Assembly: GCA_019058295.1 (NCBI GenBank)
Contig: JAHPZI010000021.1
Location: 64,001 to 128,000, forward strand
Direction of reading: 5' to 3'
DNA: 64,000 nucleotides
Source of the DNA: Promethearchaeota archaeon
Lineage (GTDB): Archaea > Asgardarchaeota > Lokiarchaeia > Sigyniarchaeales > SOKP01
Of this stretch, positions 19,892 to 28,955 are shown piece by piece (positions within the stretch are counted from its first letter, which is position 1; each line of letters starts with the position of its first letter). The translations under genes and the position numbers were made by a program. The notes under the pieces are model-generated. The model was given only the letters and a program-made list of their open reading frames with translations, did no database searches and was not told the origin of the DNA.

Positions 19892-20718
19892 ATCATACAA
19901 ATAGAATCTTGGACCTTTTTAATGATAAGAATGCATTAGAGGAAAAATATTTTATGCCCTTTCTAGTTTGTGGAGATCCTTCGATTGAACAGTTTATCTC
20001 AATGATTGAAAAAATCGATCCTTATATAGATATCCTTGAGTTAGGCATTCCTTTTAGCGACCCAATTGCTGATGGTCCTACCGTTCAAGAGGCAAATATG
20101 AGAGCATTCGAGGCAGGCATCAATACAAAAGTCGCGCTCGATACAATTAAGAAAATCAGGACATTTTTCCAAAAACCGATTGTTATTTTAACTTATTACA
20201 ACATTTTAATTCAAGGATCAGAGACAATAGAAAGTTCATTGGATAATACATTGAGAAGATTCAAGGAAAGTGGGATAGACGGAATTGTTATCGCCGATCT
20301 TCCAATTGAAGAAGCAGGTTTAGCGTTAAAATATTGTAAAAAACATAATATATCCCTTATATTTTTAATTGCTCCTACAACTACAGATGATAGATTAGAA
20401 AAAATCTTGAAAGAAGCAAGAGGATTTGTCTATTTAATATCTATATTGGGTGTTACCGGTGCTCGGGAAAAAATCGCTCAAATCACGAAAGAAACGATTA
20501 AAAGAGTAAAAAGTAAAATCAAAACCAAAATTCCAATTTTCTTGGGATTCGGTATATCTACACCGGAACATGCATCCACTCTAGTTGAATTAGGAGCCGA
20601 TGGAATTATCATTGGCTCGGCAATGATAGATGTTATTAAGAGAAATCTAAGCGATTTCACCAAAATGGAAAAAGAACTTGTGGAATTTGTATCAAGTATA
20701 AATAATGCGATTAAGTGA
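19888..20718 (+). CDS. trpA: tryptophan synthase alpha chain
   Basis: [33 protein letters not shown]; ATGA overlap with trpB. Confidence 0.97.
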   Translation: MNHTNRILDLFNDKNALEEKYFMPFLVCGDPSIEQFISMIEKIDPYIDILELGIPFSDPIADGPTVQEANMRAFEAGINTKVALDTIKKIRTFFQKPIVILTYYNILIQGSETIESSLDNTLRRFKESGIDGIVIADLPIEEAGLALKYCKKHNISLIFLIAPTTTDDRLEKILKEARGFVYLISILGVTGAREKIAQITKETIKRVKSKIKTKIPIFLGFGISTPEHASTLVELGADGIIIGSAMIDVIKRNLSDFTKMEKELVEFVSSINNAIK

Positions 20719-20728
20719 TTAAATTAAA

Positions 20729-21913
20729 ATGTCAAATAATATACTAAAAGTCGGTGTGATTGGGTGTGGAATTATTGCAAAAATAGGACACTTACCATGG
20801 TATAATCATTCAAAAGAGGCAAATATAGTCGCTTTAGCAGATCCCGATGAGAAGAAGCTTAAAAAAGCAGGAAAATTATATAATGTAGAGAAATTATATA
20901 CTGATCCAAATGATCTTATTGATGATCCTGAAATTGATGCTGTTAGTATTTGTTCACCTCATTGGGCTCATGCTCAACAAACAGTAAGAGCTGCTGATAA
21001 CGGAAAACATATTATTTGTGAGAAGCCTATTGGGACCGACTTAAATCAGATTGATGAGATGATTAAGGCTGTTGAGAAAAATCAGGTAATTTTCCAAACT
21101 GCTACACAAAAAAGATTTAGTCCAGGGTTCCAAATGATAAAAGAAGATCTATTAGAAGGAAAACTCGGTGATGTATTCCATGCGTCTATTTATTGGTATC
21201 ATTTCATACCTGACTTAGATATTCCATGGATAAGAAAATCTCTGGATTTTTTAAAGAAATTGGGTATTGATATAGAAAAAAATATGGGTGCATGGAGATT
21301 AACAGATGAAAGAGCAGGAGGGGGCGACTTAATGGATCATGTTCCTCACTATTATGATTTATTTAGATTTTGGTTTGGTGATGTCGCTACAGTAAGCGCT
21401 CAAGTGAGAAGAGTCTATAAAAGCAGAGCTCATGAGGATCATGGCGCAATGCTTTTTTCATTTAAAAATTGTGAAACAATTGCTGTTTTTGAAAGATCTC
21501 AGAATATAACTGGACGAGTAAAAGGTGAAGAATTAGGACGAATTCACGGCACGAAGGGTTCATATTACTTTGATGTGCCACATGAATATAACTTAGAACC
21601 AATGGAAATTAAAAAATTCATGTTCTCTTTAAAGAATTATATCGTGAATCGAAAGAAAAAGATAAAAATCAAGTATCCAAAAGATAAATGGAACCTTAGT
21701 TATGCTAGAGAAATTCGGAGTTTTATAAACCAATGTCTGGGAAAATCAAATGAGGATGTTGGATTTCCAGAAGAATGGATCCCAACAATCTATGATGGTA
21801 GGGCTGCTTTAGAAGGAGTCCTAGCGACTTATGAATCGTCTCGAACAAATCAAACTATCCATTTACCATTAAAAAGTTATTCTCCAATCAATTGGAAAAA
21901 TACAGTGGAGTGA
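20729..21913 (+). CDS. Gfo/Idh/MocA family oxidoreductase
   Basis: GVIGCG, HIICEKP, GGGDLMDHVPHYYD. Confidence 0.9.
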   Translation: MSNNILKVGVIGCGIIAKIGHLPWYNHSKEANIVALADPDEKKLKKAGKLYNVEKLYTDPNDLIDDPEIDAVSICSPHWAHAQQTVRAADNGKHIICEKPIGTDLNQIDEMIKAVEKNQVIFQTATQKRFSPGFQMIKEDLLEGKLGDVFHASIYWYHFIPDLDIPWIRKSLDFLKKLGIDIEKNMGAWRLTDERAGGGDLMDHVPHYYDLFRFWFGDVATVSAQVRRVYKSRAHEDHGAMLFSFKNCETIAVFERSQNITGRVKGEELGRIHGTKGSYYFDVPHEYNLEPMEIKKFMFSLKNYIVNRKKKIKIKYPKDKWNLSYAREIRSFINQCLGKSNEDVGFPEEWIPTIYDGRAALEGVLATYESSRTNQTIHLPLKSYSPINWKNTVE

Positions 21914-21925
21914 TTTATTAAAAAT

Positions 21926-22438
21926 ATGATTGATTATGGTCATACTTGCTTATTGATCTTTGCTCAAGGTACTTGGAAAGAAAACTATAGAATGAGATTT
22001 TTAAAGAAAATTAAAGCTAAGTTTATTACTTCAATGAAAATAGATGACATTGATCTCTGGGGCGAGAATGAGCAGATTCCTTTATTTGATCCTAATCATC
22101 CAGAAGCAAATGATAATCCCTGTGAATTATGTGATCCTTTATCTGAGATTTTTTTAAAAAAGAAAGGACAGAACGATGGTTTTATTCTTTTCTCACATAA
22201 CGTTCTTGGATGGGATGGAATGAAAGATTTTTTTCTATATATTTTAGGAGAATCAAATGTGAAAAAGATATATTACTTAGAATTGGATGGATTTTCTTAC
22301 TTAGTTAGTACAAAGGATAGGATTCCCGAAATCCTAAATGCTTTAAAAGAGAAGAAAGTCAATAGATCTACTTTCTTTGATCTATTTGAAAAAGAAAAGA
22401 TAGAATTTAGTATAATATATGAAATTTTAAAATATTAA
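21926..22438 (+). CDS. hypothetical protein
   Basis: ORF in operon-like spacing; no recognised motif. Confidence 0.65.
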   Translation: MIDYGHTCLLIFAQGTWKENYRMRFLKKIKAKFITSMKIDDIDLWGENEQIPLFDPNHPEANDNPCELCDPLSEIFLKKKGQNDGFILFSHNVLGWDGMKDFFLYILGESNVKKIYYLELDGFSYLVSTKDRIPEILNALKEKKVNRSTFFDLFEKEKIEFSIIYEILKY

Positions 22439-22478
22439 GTTTATATTTGCGAAATATAAGAAAAGAAGAGGAATAGAA

Positions 22479-23378
22479 TTAGAAATCATTAATTTTAATG
22501 TTGTTTTCCCTAAATAAGGATTTAATTTTTCTTTTTGTATCAATTGTAAGCCATTCAGAATAGTTGTATTCAGTTTCCAATCCAATTTTTTCTGATTTTG
22601 AAAGCCAAAGCGGATTGTAAGGTAATAACCAGACCTTATCTATGTTTAAAGATTTGAAATATTGTATCCAACTCCTTAGATTTTCTTCCTTTAAGGTAAT
22701 TTCTGGAATCAGAGGTATTCTCGGTAAGAGTTCTATACTTTCATTTTTTATTAAGTATTCAAAATTGCTTAAAATTAATTGATTAGGGACTTTACAATAT
22801 TTTTCATGTATATTTGAATCATATATTTTTAAATCGAAGTAAATGAGATCTAAAAAGGGTAACACTAATTCTATAAATTTCTCATTATTATAATAACCAC
22901 TTGTTTCAATGCATATATGAATTCCATACGTTTTCAGTTCTTTCAACAAAGCATTTAAATATTCCATATGAAACGTAGGCTCTCCCCCAGATAATGTAAC
23001 TCCTCCCCCTGTATTATCATAAAATACTTTATCCCTCAATATTAATTCGGCTAATTCTTTAATATCATATTCCTTACCTACATATTTATAAGCTTGATTA
23101 GGACAAACTTCTATACATTTACCACATAAATCGCAAATATCTCTATCAATTCTATATTGATTAGAGAAGTTGATTGCTCCTTTTTTACAATGACTCATGC
23201 AAATCGTGCATTCACTACAATCTTCTTTAGTGAATGATAGCTCTTGATCAGCTTTCTTAGTTTCAGGATTTTGGCACCATACGCATGAAAGAGGACAACC
23301 CTTAAAAAAAATTAAGGTTCTAATCCCAGGGCCATCATCTAATGCATTTCTTCTAATATCTACGATTAAGGTTTTCAT
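22479..23378 (-). CDS. glycyl-radical enzyme activating protein (radical SAM, with 2x[4Fe-4S] ferredoxin insert)
   Basis: DGPGIRT, GCPLSCVWCQNPE, two CxxCxxCxxxC motifs, GGVTLSGGEP. Confidence 0.95.
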   Translation of the reverse strand: MKTLIVDIRRNALDDGPGIRTLIFFKGCPLSCVWCQNPETKKADQELSFTKEDCSECTICMSHCKKGAINFSNQYRIDRDICDLCGKCIEVCPNQAYKYVGKEYDIKELAELILRDKVFYDNTGGGVTLSGGEPTFHMEYLNALLKELKTYGIHICIETSGYYNNEKFIELVLPFLDLIYFDLKIYDSNIHEKYCKVPNQLILSNFEYLIKNESIELLPRIPLIPEITLKEENLRSWIQYFKSLNIDKVWLLPYNPLWLSKSEKIGLETEYNYSEWLTIDTKRKIKSLFRENNIKINDF

Positions 23379-23421
23379 TTTAAATAAAAATTAATTGAGA
23401 AATCATCGCTTTTAAAGAAAA

Positions 23422-26388
23422 TTATCTTGCGTTGAATTCAGTTCTTTCTATAAGTTCTATTTGCATATTTTTATTTATTTTTGTGAAGTAGGCATTATAT
23501 CCAGATATCCTTACTAATAACCAATGGTAATTTTCTGGATGGACCATTGCGTCTCTTAACATATCAGAGGTTACTATGTTAAATTGCCATTGCATTCCTC
23601 CTAAATCGATAAAACTCTGCACGTATCCTGTAAAAAGATCTAATGTTTCTCCATGAGAGTCTCCTGGATGGGGCACCAATTTAACGTTATATGAAGCATT
23701 ATTTGGCATCTTTAAATGGTCTAAACTTGCGATTGTACGTATATTCTGAAGCAAAAGATCAGAGCTTCCTGGAGCAGGAGTTAAACCGGGTGTTAATGCC
23801 TTTCCTTTCTTTCTGCCAGAGGGCAGAGCGCCTGTAAGCATTCCATAACCCACATGATATGATATAGACCAGTATCCAACAAGATAAGTACCCCCTCTGT
23901 AATTCTTTTCGGATTTGTATAAATCATAACAATAATCTAATAAATCATCAGCAATATCTTTAGTTCCAGGTTCATCGGATCCAAATTTAGGAACTTTTTG
24001 GATTTTATTAAGTAATTCTGCAGAACCATTCTCAAAATTATCTTTTAAAGCATATAATAAGGTTGAATAATTTATTTCCTTTTTATTATATATCAGATCT
24101 TTTATTACTAATAGACTATCAACAGCATCCGTAAGAGACACTAATGCTACTCCAGACGTATTATAAACAGCACCACCTTGTACGAGATCTTTCCCCTTTT
24201 CTAAAGGACCGTCATAAAACGCAGATAAAAATGGAGTAGGTTTGATATATTGATGACTTTCACCTAAATAGTTATTAATTTCAATTGATTGATCAATTAA
24301 ATATTTCAATTGTGTTTTATAGGCACTATAGAAATCCTCAAATTTTGGAAAATTGTCTAGATCAGGGAAACCTGTTTCGGGTCCCACTTGTACTCCAATT
24401 AAAGGGTGAATGCCATTATTTAATGCCATTTCAAGCGGAGCAACCATATTTAGAAGCATTGCATTAGTATGACCGAAATGCTTTCCTACAACAGTTGGTT
24501 CTACACAACCAGTAGCAGCCCAATCTCTCGCATCTTCTAAAGCAAATCCTTCATTAACAAGAGCTTCAATCATTGCTTTATCATTATGTATTGAAGGGCT
24601 GGAAACCATATTTATATTAACCTCTGTTAGGCGTCTTAGATATTCTTTAGAATTTATACCAGAATAATATCTTGCATTCATATTGGGATCCTGAAAACAC
24701 AACATTTCATTTGTTTTTAAAATAATGAATGTCATATCATTAACCGCATTATTACCATTACGATCTACACCACCAATTGTAACCGTATCATCTGAGGAAC
24801 TACCACCAAATAATTTATTTCCTATAGAAGGAATCAATGGATCATGGTCATTGATTCTTAAGATTAAGTTTCCTACAAGCTCAATGGATTTATTGATTAT
24901 TTTCTCTTTTTCCTCATCGTTCGATGTTTTTTCCATTTCAGATAAGAAATATGGCTGCAGCATTTGATCTAATCTTCCTATACTCATTGCAGAATTAGGA
25001 TTCTCGCAATGAATGCAAGTAAAGCACGTCCAAATTGACTGAACTGCTTCTTGTAAGGTTTCTGCTGGTTTAGCAGGTACTTTAGCACATATTCTTGAAA
25101 TTTCTTTCAATTCATCTATTCGTAGGGCTTGCTCAGGATCATTTGAATCTAAGCTTTCAGCAATTCGCAAGGCTTCCTCGCTCAAATGGTTAGCATAAGC
25201 TAAAGCCCCATTAATAGCAGTTTGAATTGCTTTGTAGAAATTTTTCTTTTCATCTGAAGTGGCCTCCGATTCCATTTTTACTGCTTTGTTTCTTATGCTT
25301 TCTAACCCTTCATTTAGTATCTTCGGAAAACCAGGAACTGTATGTGAAATGGCATTATTCTTCATCATAAAGTAGAAGACCCATCTTTCCTCGATCCATA
25401 ACGATTTAGGGTTATGCTTGTTAACGCGACAATGCTCTCGAACATTTCTTTCCATCCAGTAAGGAAACACTTCTTGGCTTAATATATCTGCATCTTTAGG
25501 GGCAATATCGTTAGGATTAAGCTCGCGAACACCTAATGATTGTAATTCCGGCCAAGCAGCAGTACCAATCAATTCAGGATAAATTGGAATCCCTACTTCT
25601 TTTGATGTAGTGGAACCTGCGATAAGGAATTGACCATGAATTATAGGTTTTTTATTTGACATTATGTAATTTACTGCCCCCGCGTTTCGTAGTTCTGGAT
25701 CAAATGGATTCCCAGATTTATCAGTTTCATAACCATTTTCTAAATGATACTCTGTCAACAATTTTGCTCGTTCAACGCAAATTGCAGGTTTTAATGCCCT
25801 TCTTCGACTTTTAAGATACTTTAAACGTGGAAAGTCATTAATAGAATAATTTGCTAAATAAGGATCCTTTAAATAATGCACGTTATCAATTTTCCGATTT
25901 AGTGCGTCACTTTTAAGCTTTCTATTTTCTTCACCTTTTTCAATTTCTTCAATCGAATGTATTAAACGGTTTTCGGGACCTTTATAACCCTTAATTTTAG
26001 CACCCGTGGCGAGTGTAGTAAGATATGAGAATTTAGTAAGATATGCCATATTACCTTCAAAAGACATTGAATTATCTAAAAGATATTCGAGTGTTTCATC
26101 TGCAGATTTATCCCAAGTTTCTGCTAGAGTCGCCTTATCTTTATAGATTATTTTTATGTTTGGATCATCAACTATCCCTTCTTCGGCAGTTATTTTTCCA
26201 TTATCAAAGATTAATTTTAAATTAAATCCACCATCACGAGTTGTAAATTGATATTTGGCATTAAAAATGAATCCTGTCTTCTCGTTATAAATTTCCTTTC
26301 GCAATCTTCTGCGTGTAAAAACTATATCTAAAAGTCCAAGAGTTTCTTTAAATTTCTCTAATGATTCATTAATTTCAGCTTCATTCAT
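23422..26388 (-). CDS. glycyl radical enzyme (PFL-family lyase/eliminase type) with N-terminal SCP2-like extension
   Basis: SIGRLDQ, Cys loop GCVEP, Gly loop LLVRISGYNAYF; ~120-aa N-terminal extension resembling SCP2. Confidence 0.9.
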   Translation of the reverse strand: MNEAEINESLEKFKETLGLLDIVFTRRRLRKEIYNEKTGFIFNAKYQFTTRDGGFNLKLIFDNGKITAEEGIVDDPNIKIIYKDKATLAETWDKSADETLEYLLDNSMSFEGNMAYLTKFSYLTTLATGAKIKGYKGPENRLIHSIEEIEKGEENRKLKSDALNRKIDNVHYLKDPYLANYSINDFPRLKYLKSRRRALKPAICVERAKLLTEYHLENGYETDKSGNPFDPELRNAGAVNYIMSNKKPIIHGQFLIAGSTTSKEVGIPIYPELIGTAAWPELQSLGVRELNPNDIAPKDADILSQEVFPYWMERNVREHCRVNKHNPKSLWIEERWVFYFMMKNNAISHTVPGFPKILNEGLESIRNKAVKMESEATSDEKKNFYKAIQTAINGALAYANHLSEEALRIAESLDSNDPEQALRIDELKEISRICAKVPAKPAETLQEAVQSIWTCFTCIHCENPNSAMSIGRLDQMLQPYFLSEMEKTSNDEEKEKIINKSIELVGNLILRINDHDPLIPSIGNKLFGGSSSDDTVTIGGVDRNGNNAVNDMTFIILKTNEMLCFQDPNMNARYYSGINSKEYLRRLTEVNINMVSSPSIHNDKAMIEALVNEGFALEDARDWAATGCVEPTVVGKHFGHTNAMLLNMVAPLEMALNNGIHPLIGVQVGPETGFPDLDNFPKFEDFYSAYKTQLKYLIDQSIEINNYLGESHQYIKPTPFLSAFYDGPLEKGKDLVQGGAVYNTSGVALVSLTDAVDSLLVIKDLIYNKKEINYSTLLYALKDNFENGSAELLNKIQKVPKFGSDEPGTKDIADDLLDYCYDLYKSEKNYRGGTYLVGYWSISYHVGYGMLTGALPSGRKKGKALTPGLTPAPGSSDLLLQNIRTIASLDHLKMPNNASYNVKLVPHPGDSHGETLDLFTGYVQSFIDLGGMQWQFNIVTSDMLRDAMVHPENYHWLLVRISGYNAYFTKINKNMQIELIERTEFNAR

Positions 26389-26592
26389 TTTAATATTCCC
26401 CTAGTCTTAGAAATCTCGAATTTTTTTATTATTAATTGTTTTTAGTTATCCTAATTTTTAAATATCATCATTCTATTTAACAAGCTTCGTTTTAAATATT
26501 AGAATAAAAGATTAATAATTGGATAAAAAAAATATAAATACAACCTAAACCTTATTCTATTAAAAAACCTCAAAACAAGTTGTTTACTAAGT

Positions 26593-26664
26593 ATGAATAA
26601 TATGAAAAATAGTGTTGATTTTCAAGAACCAACTTGGTTTTGGGACTGGCGTTGGCACGCATAG
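26593..26664 (+). CDS. trpL: putative Trp-rich leader peptide of trpEG (MNNMKNSVDFQEPTWFWDWRWHA*)
   Basis: 23-codon ORF (20 from ATG 26602) with 4 TGG codons in its last 9 codons, 146 nt upstream of trpE. Confidence 0.82.
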   Translation: MNNMKNSVDFQEPTWFWDWRWHA

Positions 26665-26736
26665 AACGTGCGCAATGGCTTAACTTATTTTAGGATTTCT
26701 TTTCTTATAACGCATATAAAGAATAAGGGATTCTAA
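26633..26736 (+). promoter_or_regulatory. putative attenuator RNA, homologous to 15624-15777
   Basis: 44/49 nt identical to 15624-15672; GCACG(26655-59)/CGTGC(26667-71) stem plus CGTTG/CAATG; second ~20-bp hairpin 26690-26736. Confidence 0.7.
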
Positions 26737-26810
26737 TTCAAATTTTAATTATTAAGTTTTTTATTCAATAAAATAAATGATAAAAGAAATAGAAAAATAG
26801 TGGAATTGTA

Positions 26811-28304
26811 ATGGAATTTGATATTCATATTGAAAAAATTGGAGAATTGGATGATATATTTGGGTTTTATAAATATTTAGTGAAACGTTATGATTTGAAA
26901 AAACATGCTTTATTAGAGTCCGCTTCAGAAAATACAAAAGAAACCTTATATAGTTTTATTGCAATGCAACCGGATTTCATGCTTGAAATTAATGAGGATA
27001 AGTTTAAAATATATGATATCTCTACTGCCCGAGGGGAAAGAATTAAAGAATACGTAGAATCTAGAGATCCTGCCGTGGAAAGACCGCATAATCCCTTGCC
27101 ATTTAAAGATAATGTCGAATATAATATGGTTGCGCTCGATACTTTGAGCCATCTCACACCTTATTCTAATCTTCCTTTCACAGAATTATTCCCAAGGAAC
27201 ATCTTTTACGGCGGGATGCTTGGGTATATAGGGTATGACGTAGTTGCTCCTTATGTGGGTTATAAATCTACAAGCGAATTTCCAGATATTTTAATGGGGC
27301 TCTATACAAAAGCATTGGTCTATTCACATAAATCAAATGCATTATTCATGATTGATAATAGCATTAATGATTATTCAAAAGATAAAGATATCCGATATCA
27401 ACTCAGCTTATTTAATAGAAATCATAATTCAGATGAAGTTGGAGAAATATCCTTGGATATTGAAGAGGTGGATGAATCTCATTTCAGATCCAACACAAGC
27501 AAGAGTGCTCATGAAAGAATGGTAGAAAAGACAAAAGAATACATTTATGATGGAGATATTATACAAGCAGTTATCTCCCGAAGGCTCTATACAGAGACAA
27601 AAATAGATCCTATGGCAATTTATGAGGTTCTAAGAGTTCTTAATCCATCGCAATATATGTACAATATAAATTTTGGTAATATTCGCATCATTGGGAGTAG
27701 TCCAGAAGCACTTATCTCAAAAAATAAAGATATTCTTAATACTGTGCCAATTGCCGGAACCATAAGAAGAGGCAAAACTCCAGAAGAAGATACAAAATTA
27801 GAAAAGGAATTGTTAGAGGACCCAAAGGAAAAGGCTGAACATATCATGCTTGTGGATTTAGCACGCAACGACCTCGCAAAAGTTTCATATCCAGGTTCTG
27901 TTGATACATTTGAACTCATGACAGTTCAAAAATATCAAAAAGTTCAACATATTGTTAGTAAAGTGAGAAGTAAGACACCTCTTGATGGGTATCAAGTTCT
28001 AAAAAGCGTATTCCCAGCAGGTACTCTTTCAGGAGCACCTAAAAAGCGTGCTATGGAAATAATACAAGAATTAGAAACAGAATCGAGAGGACCTTATGGG
28101 GGTGGTGTCGGCTATTTCTCATTTAATGGAGATATGGCGTTTGCCATTGCGATTAGGACACTTTTTGGGATGAATGGTACATATTTTGCTCAAGCAGGAG
28201 GCGGGATTGTCGCAGATAGCCAACCACATGAAGAGTACACAGAGACCTACAATAAGTTATATAGTGTTATAAAATCGATAAAAATTGCGGAGGCAAGAAA
28301 ATAA
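26811..28304 (+). CDS. trpE: anthranilate synthase component I
   Basis: LLES and NPSQYMY Trp-feedback motifs, PIAGT (TrpE-type, not PabB PIKGT), EHIMLVDLARND, FPAGTLSGAPK. Confidence 0.95.
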   Translation: MEFDIHIEKIGELDDIFGFYKYLVKRYDLKKHALLESASENTKETLYSFIAMQPDFMLEINEDKFKIYDISTARGERIKEYVESRDPAVERPHNPLPFKDNVEYNMVALDTLSHLTPYSNLPFTELFPRNIFYGGMLGYIGYDVVAPYVGYKSTSEFPDILMGLYTKALVYSHKSNALFMIDNSINDYSKDKDIRYQLSLFNRNHNSDEVGEISLDIEEVDESHFRSNTSKSAHERMVEKTKEYIYDGDIIQAVISRRLYTETKIDPMAIYEVLRVLNPSQYMYNINFGNIRIIGSSPEALISKNKDILNTVPIAGTIRRGKTPEEDTKLEKELLEDPKEKAEHIMLVDLARNDLAKVSYPGSVDTFELMTVQKYQKVQHIVSKVRSKTPLDGYQVLKSVFPAGTLSGAPKKRAMEIIQELETESRGPYGGGVGYFSFNGDMAFAIAIRTLFGMNGTYFAQAGGGIVADSQPHEEYTETYNKLYSVIKSIKIAEARK

Positions 28305-28903
28305 TGAAAATCCTATTTATTAACAATTATGATAGTTTTGTTTATAATTTGGTCAATTATATCTGTCAATTAGAACCCAACGGCCAAATTATTATCGAGG
28401 ATAACCATATTGCGGTGGACAAGATTAAAGAAATGAATGTTGATAAAATAATTATTTCACCAGGACCTGGACATCCTAAGTATGACACGGGCACAGTAAT
28501 TCCCATCATTAAAGAATTTTATTCCAAAATACCAATATTAGGAATTTGCCTAGGGCATCAAGCTATTGTCGAAGCTTTCGGCGAAGATGAGAATATGGAA
28601 TATGTGGGCAGAGCTAAAGTAGGGCCCATGCACGGCAAGGAATCTAAAGTCTTTCACGACCAAGAAACAATTCTTAAGGACATCCCTAATCCACTCCAAG
28701 TAATTAGATATCACTCACTTTCCGCAAAATCCGATATTTTACCCCAAAACCTTAAAATTAGTGCGACTGCGGATGATGGCACAATCATGGGGGTTAGGCA
28801 TAAACAATATCCTATAGAAGGGGTCCAATTCCATCCCGAGTCGATAAAAATGAAACCTTATGGAATACAATTATTAAAAAATTTCTTAGAATTAAAAATA
28901 TAA
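28304..28903 (+). CDS. trpG: anthranilate synthase component II (class I glutamine amidotransferase)
   Basis: [36 protein letters not shown]; TAATG overlap with trpE. Confidence 0.95.
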   Translation: MKILFINNYDSFVYNLVNYICQLEPNGQIIIEDNHIAVDKIKEMNVDKIIISPGPGHPKYDTGTVIPIIKEFYSKIPILGICLGHQAIVEAFGEDENMEYVGRAKVGPMHGKESKVFHDQETILKDIPNPLQVIRYHSLSAKSDILPQNLKISATADDGTIMGVRHKQYPIEGVQFHPESIKMKPYGIQLLKNFLELKI

Positions 28904-28955
28904 GAATTTATCTAAAGTTTCTTGATGAAAGAAATAGTTGAAAAAAATAAAAGAA

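Noticed and set aside
26811-28903. pabB/pabA (folate) identity for the synthase pair
   Set aside because: PIAGT (not PIKGT), LLES/NPSxYM feedback motifs, the Trp-rich leader and nearby trp genes favour trpE/trpG.
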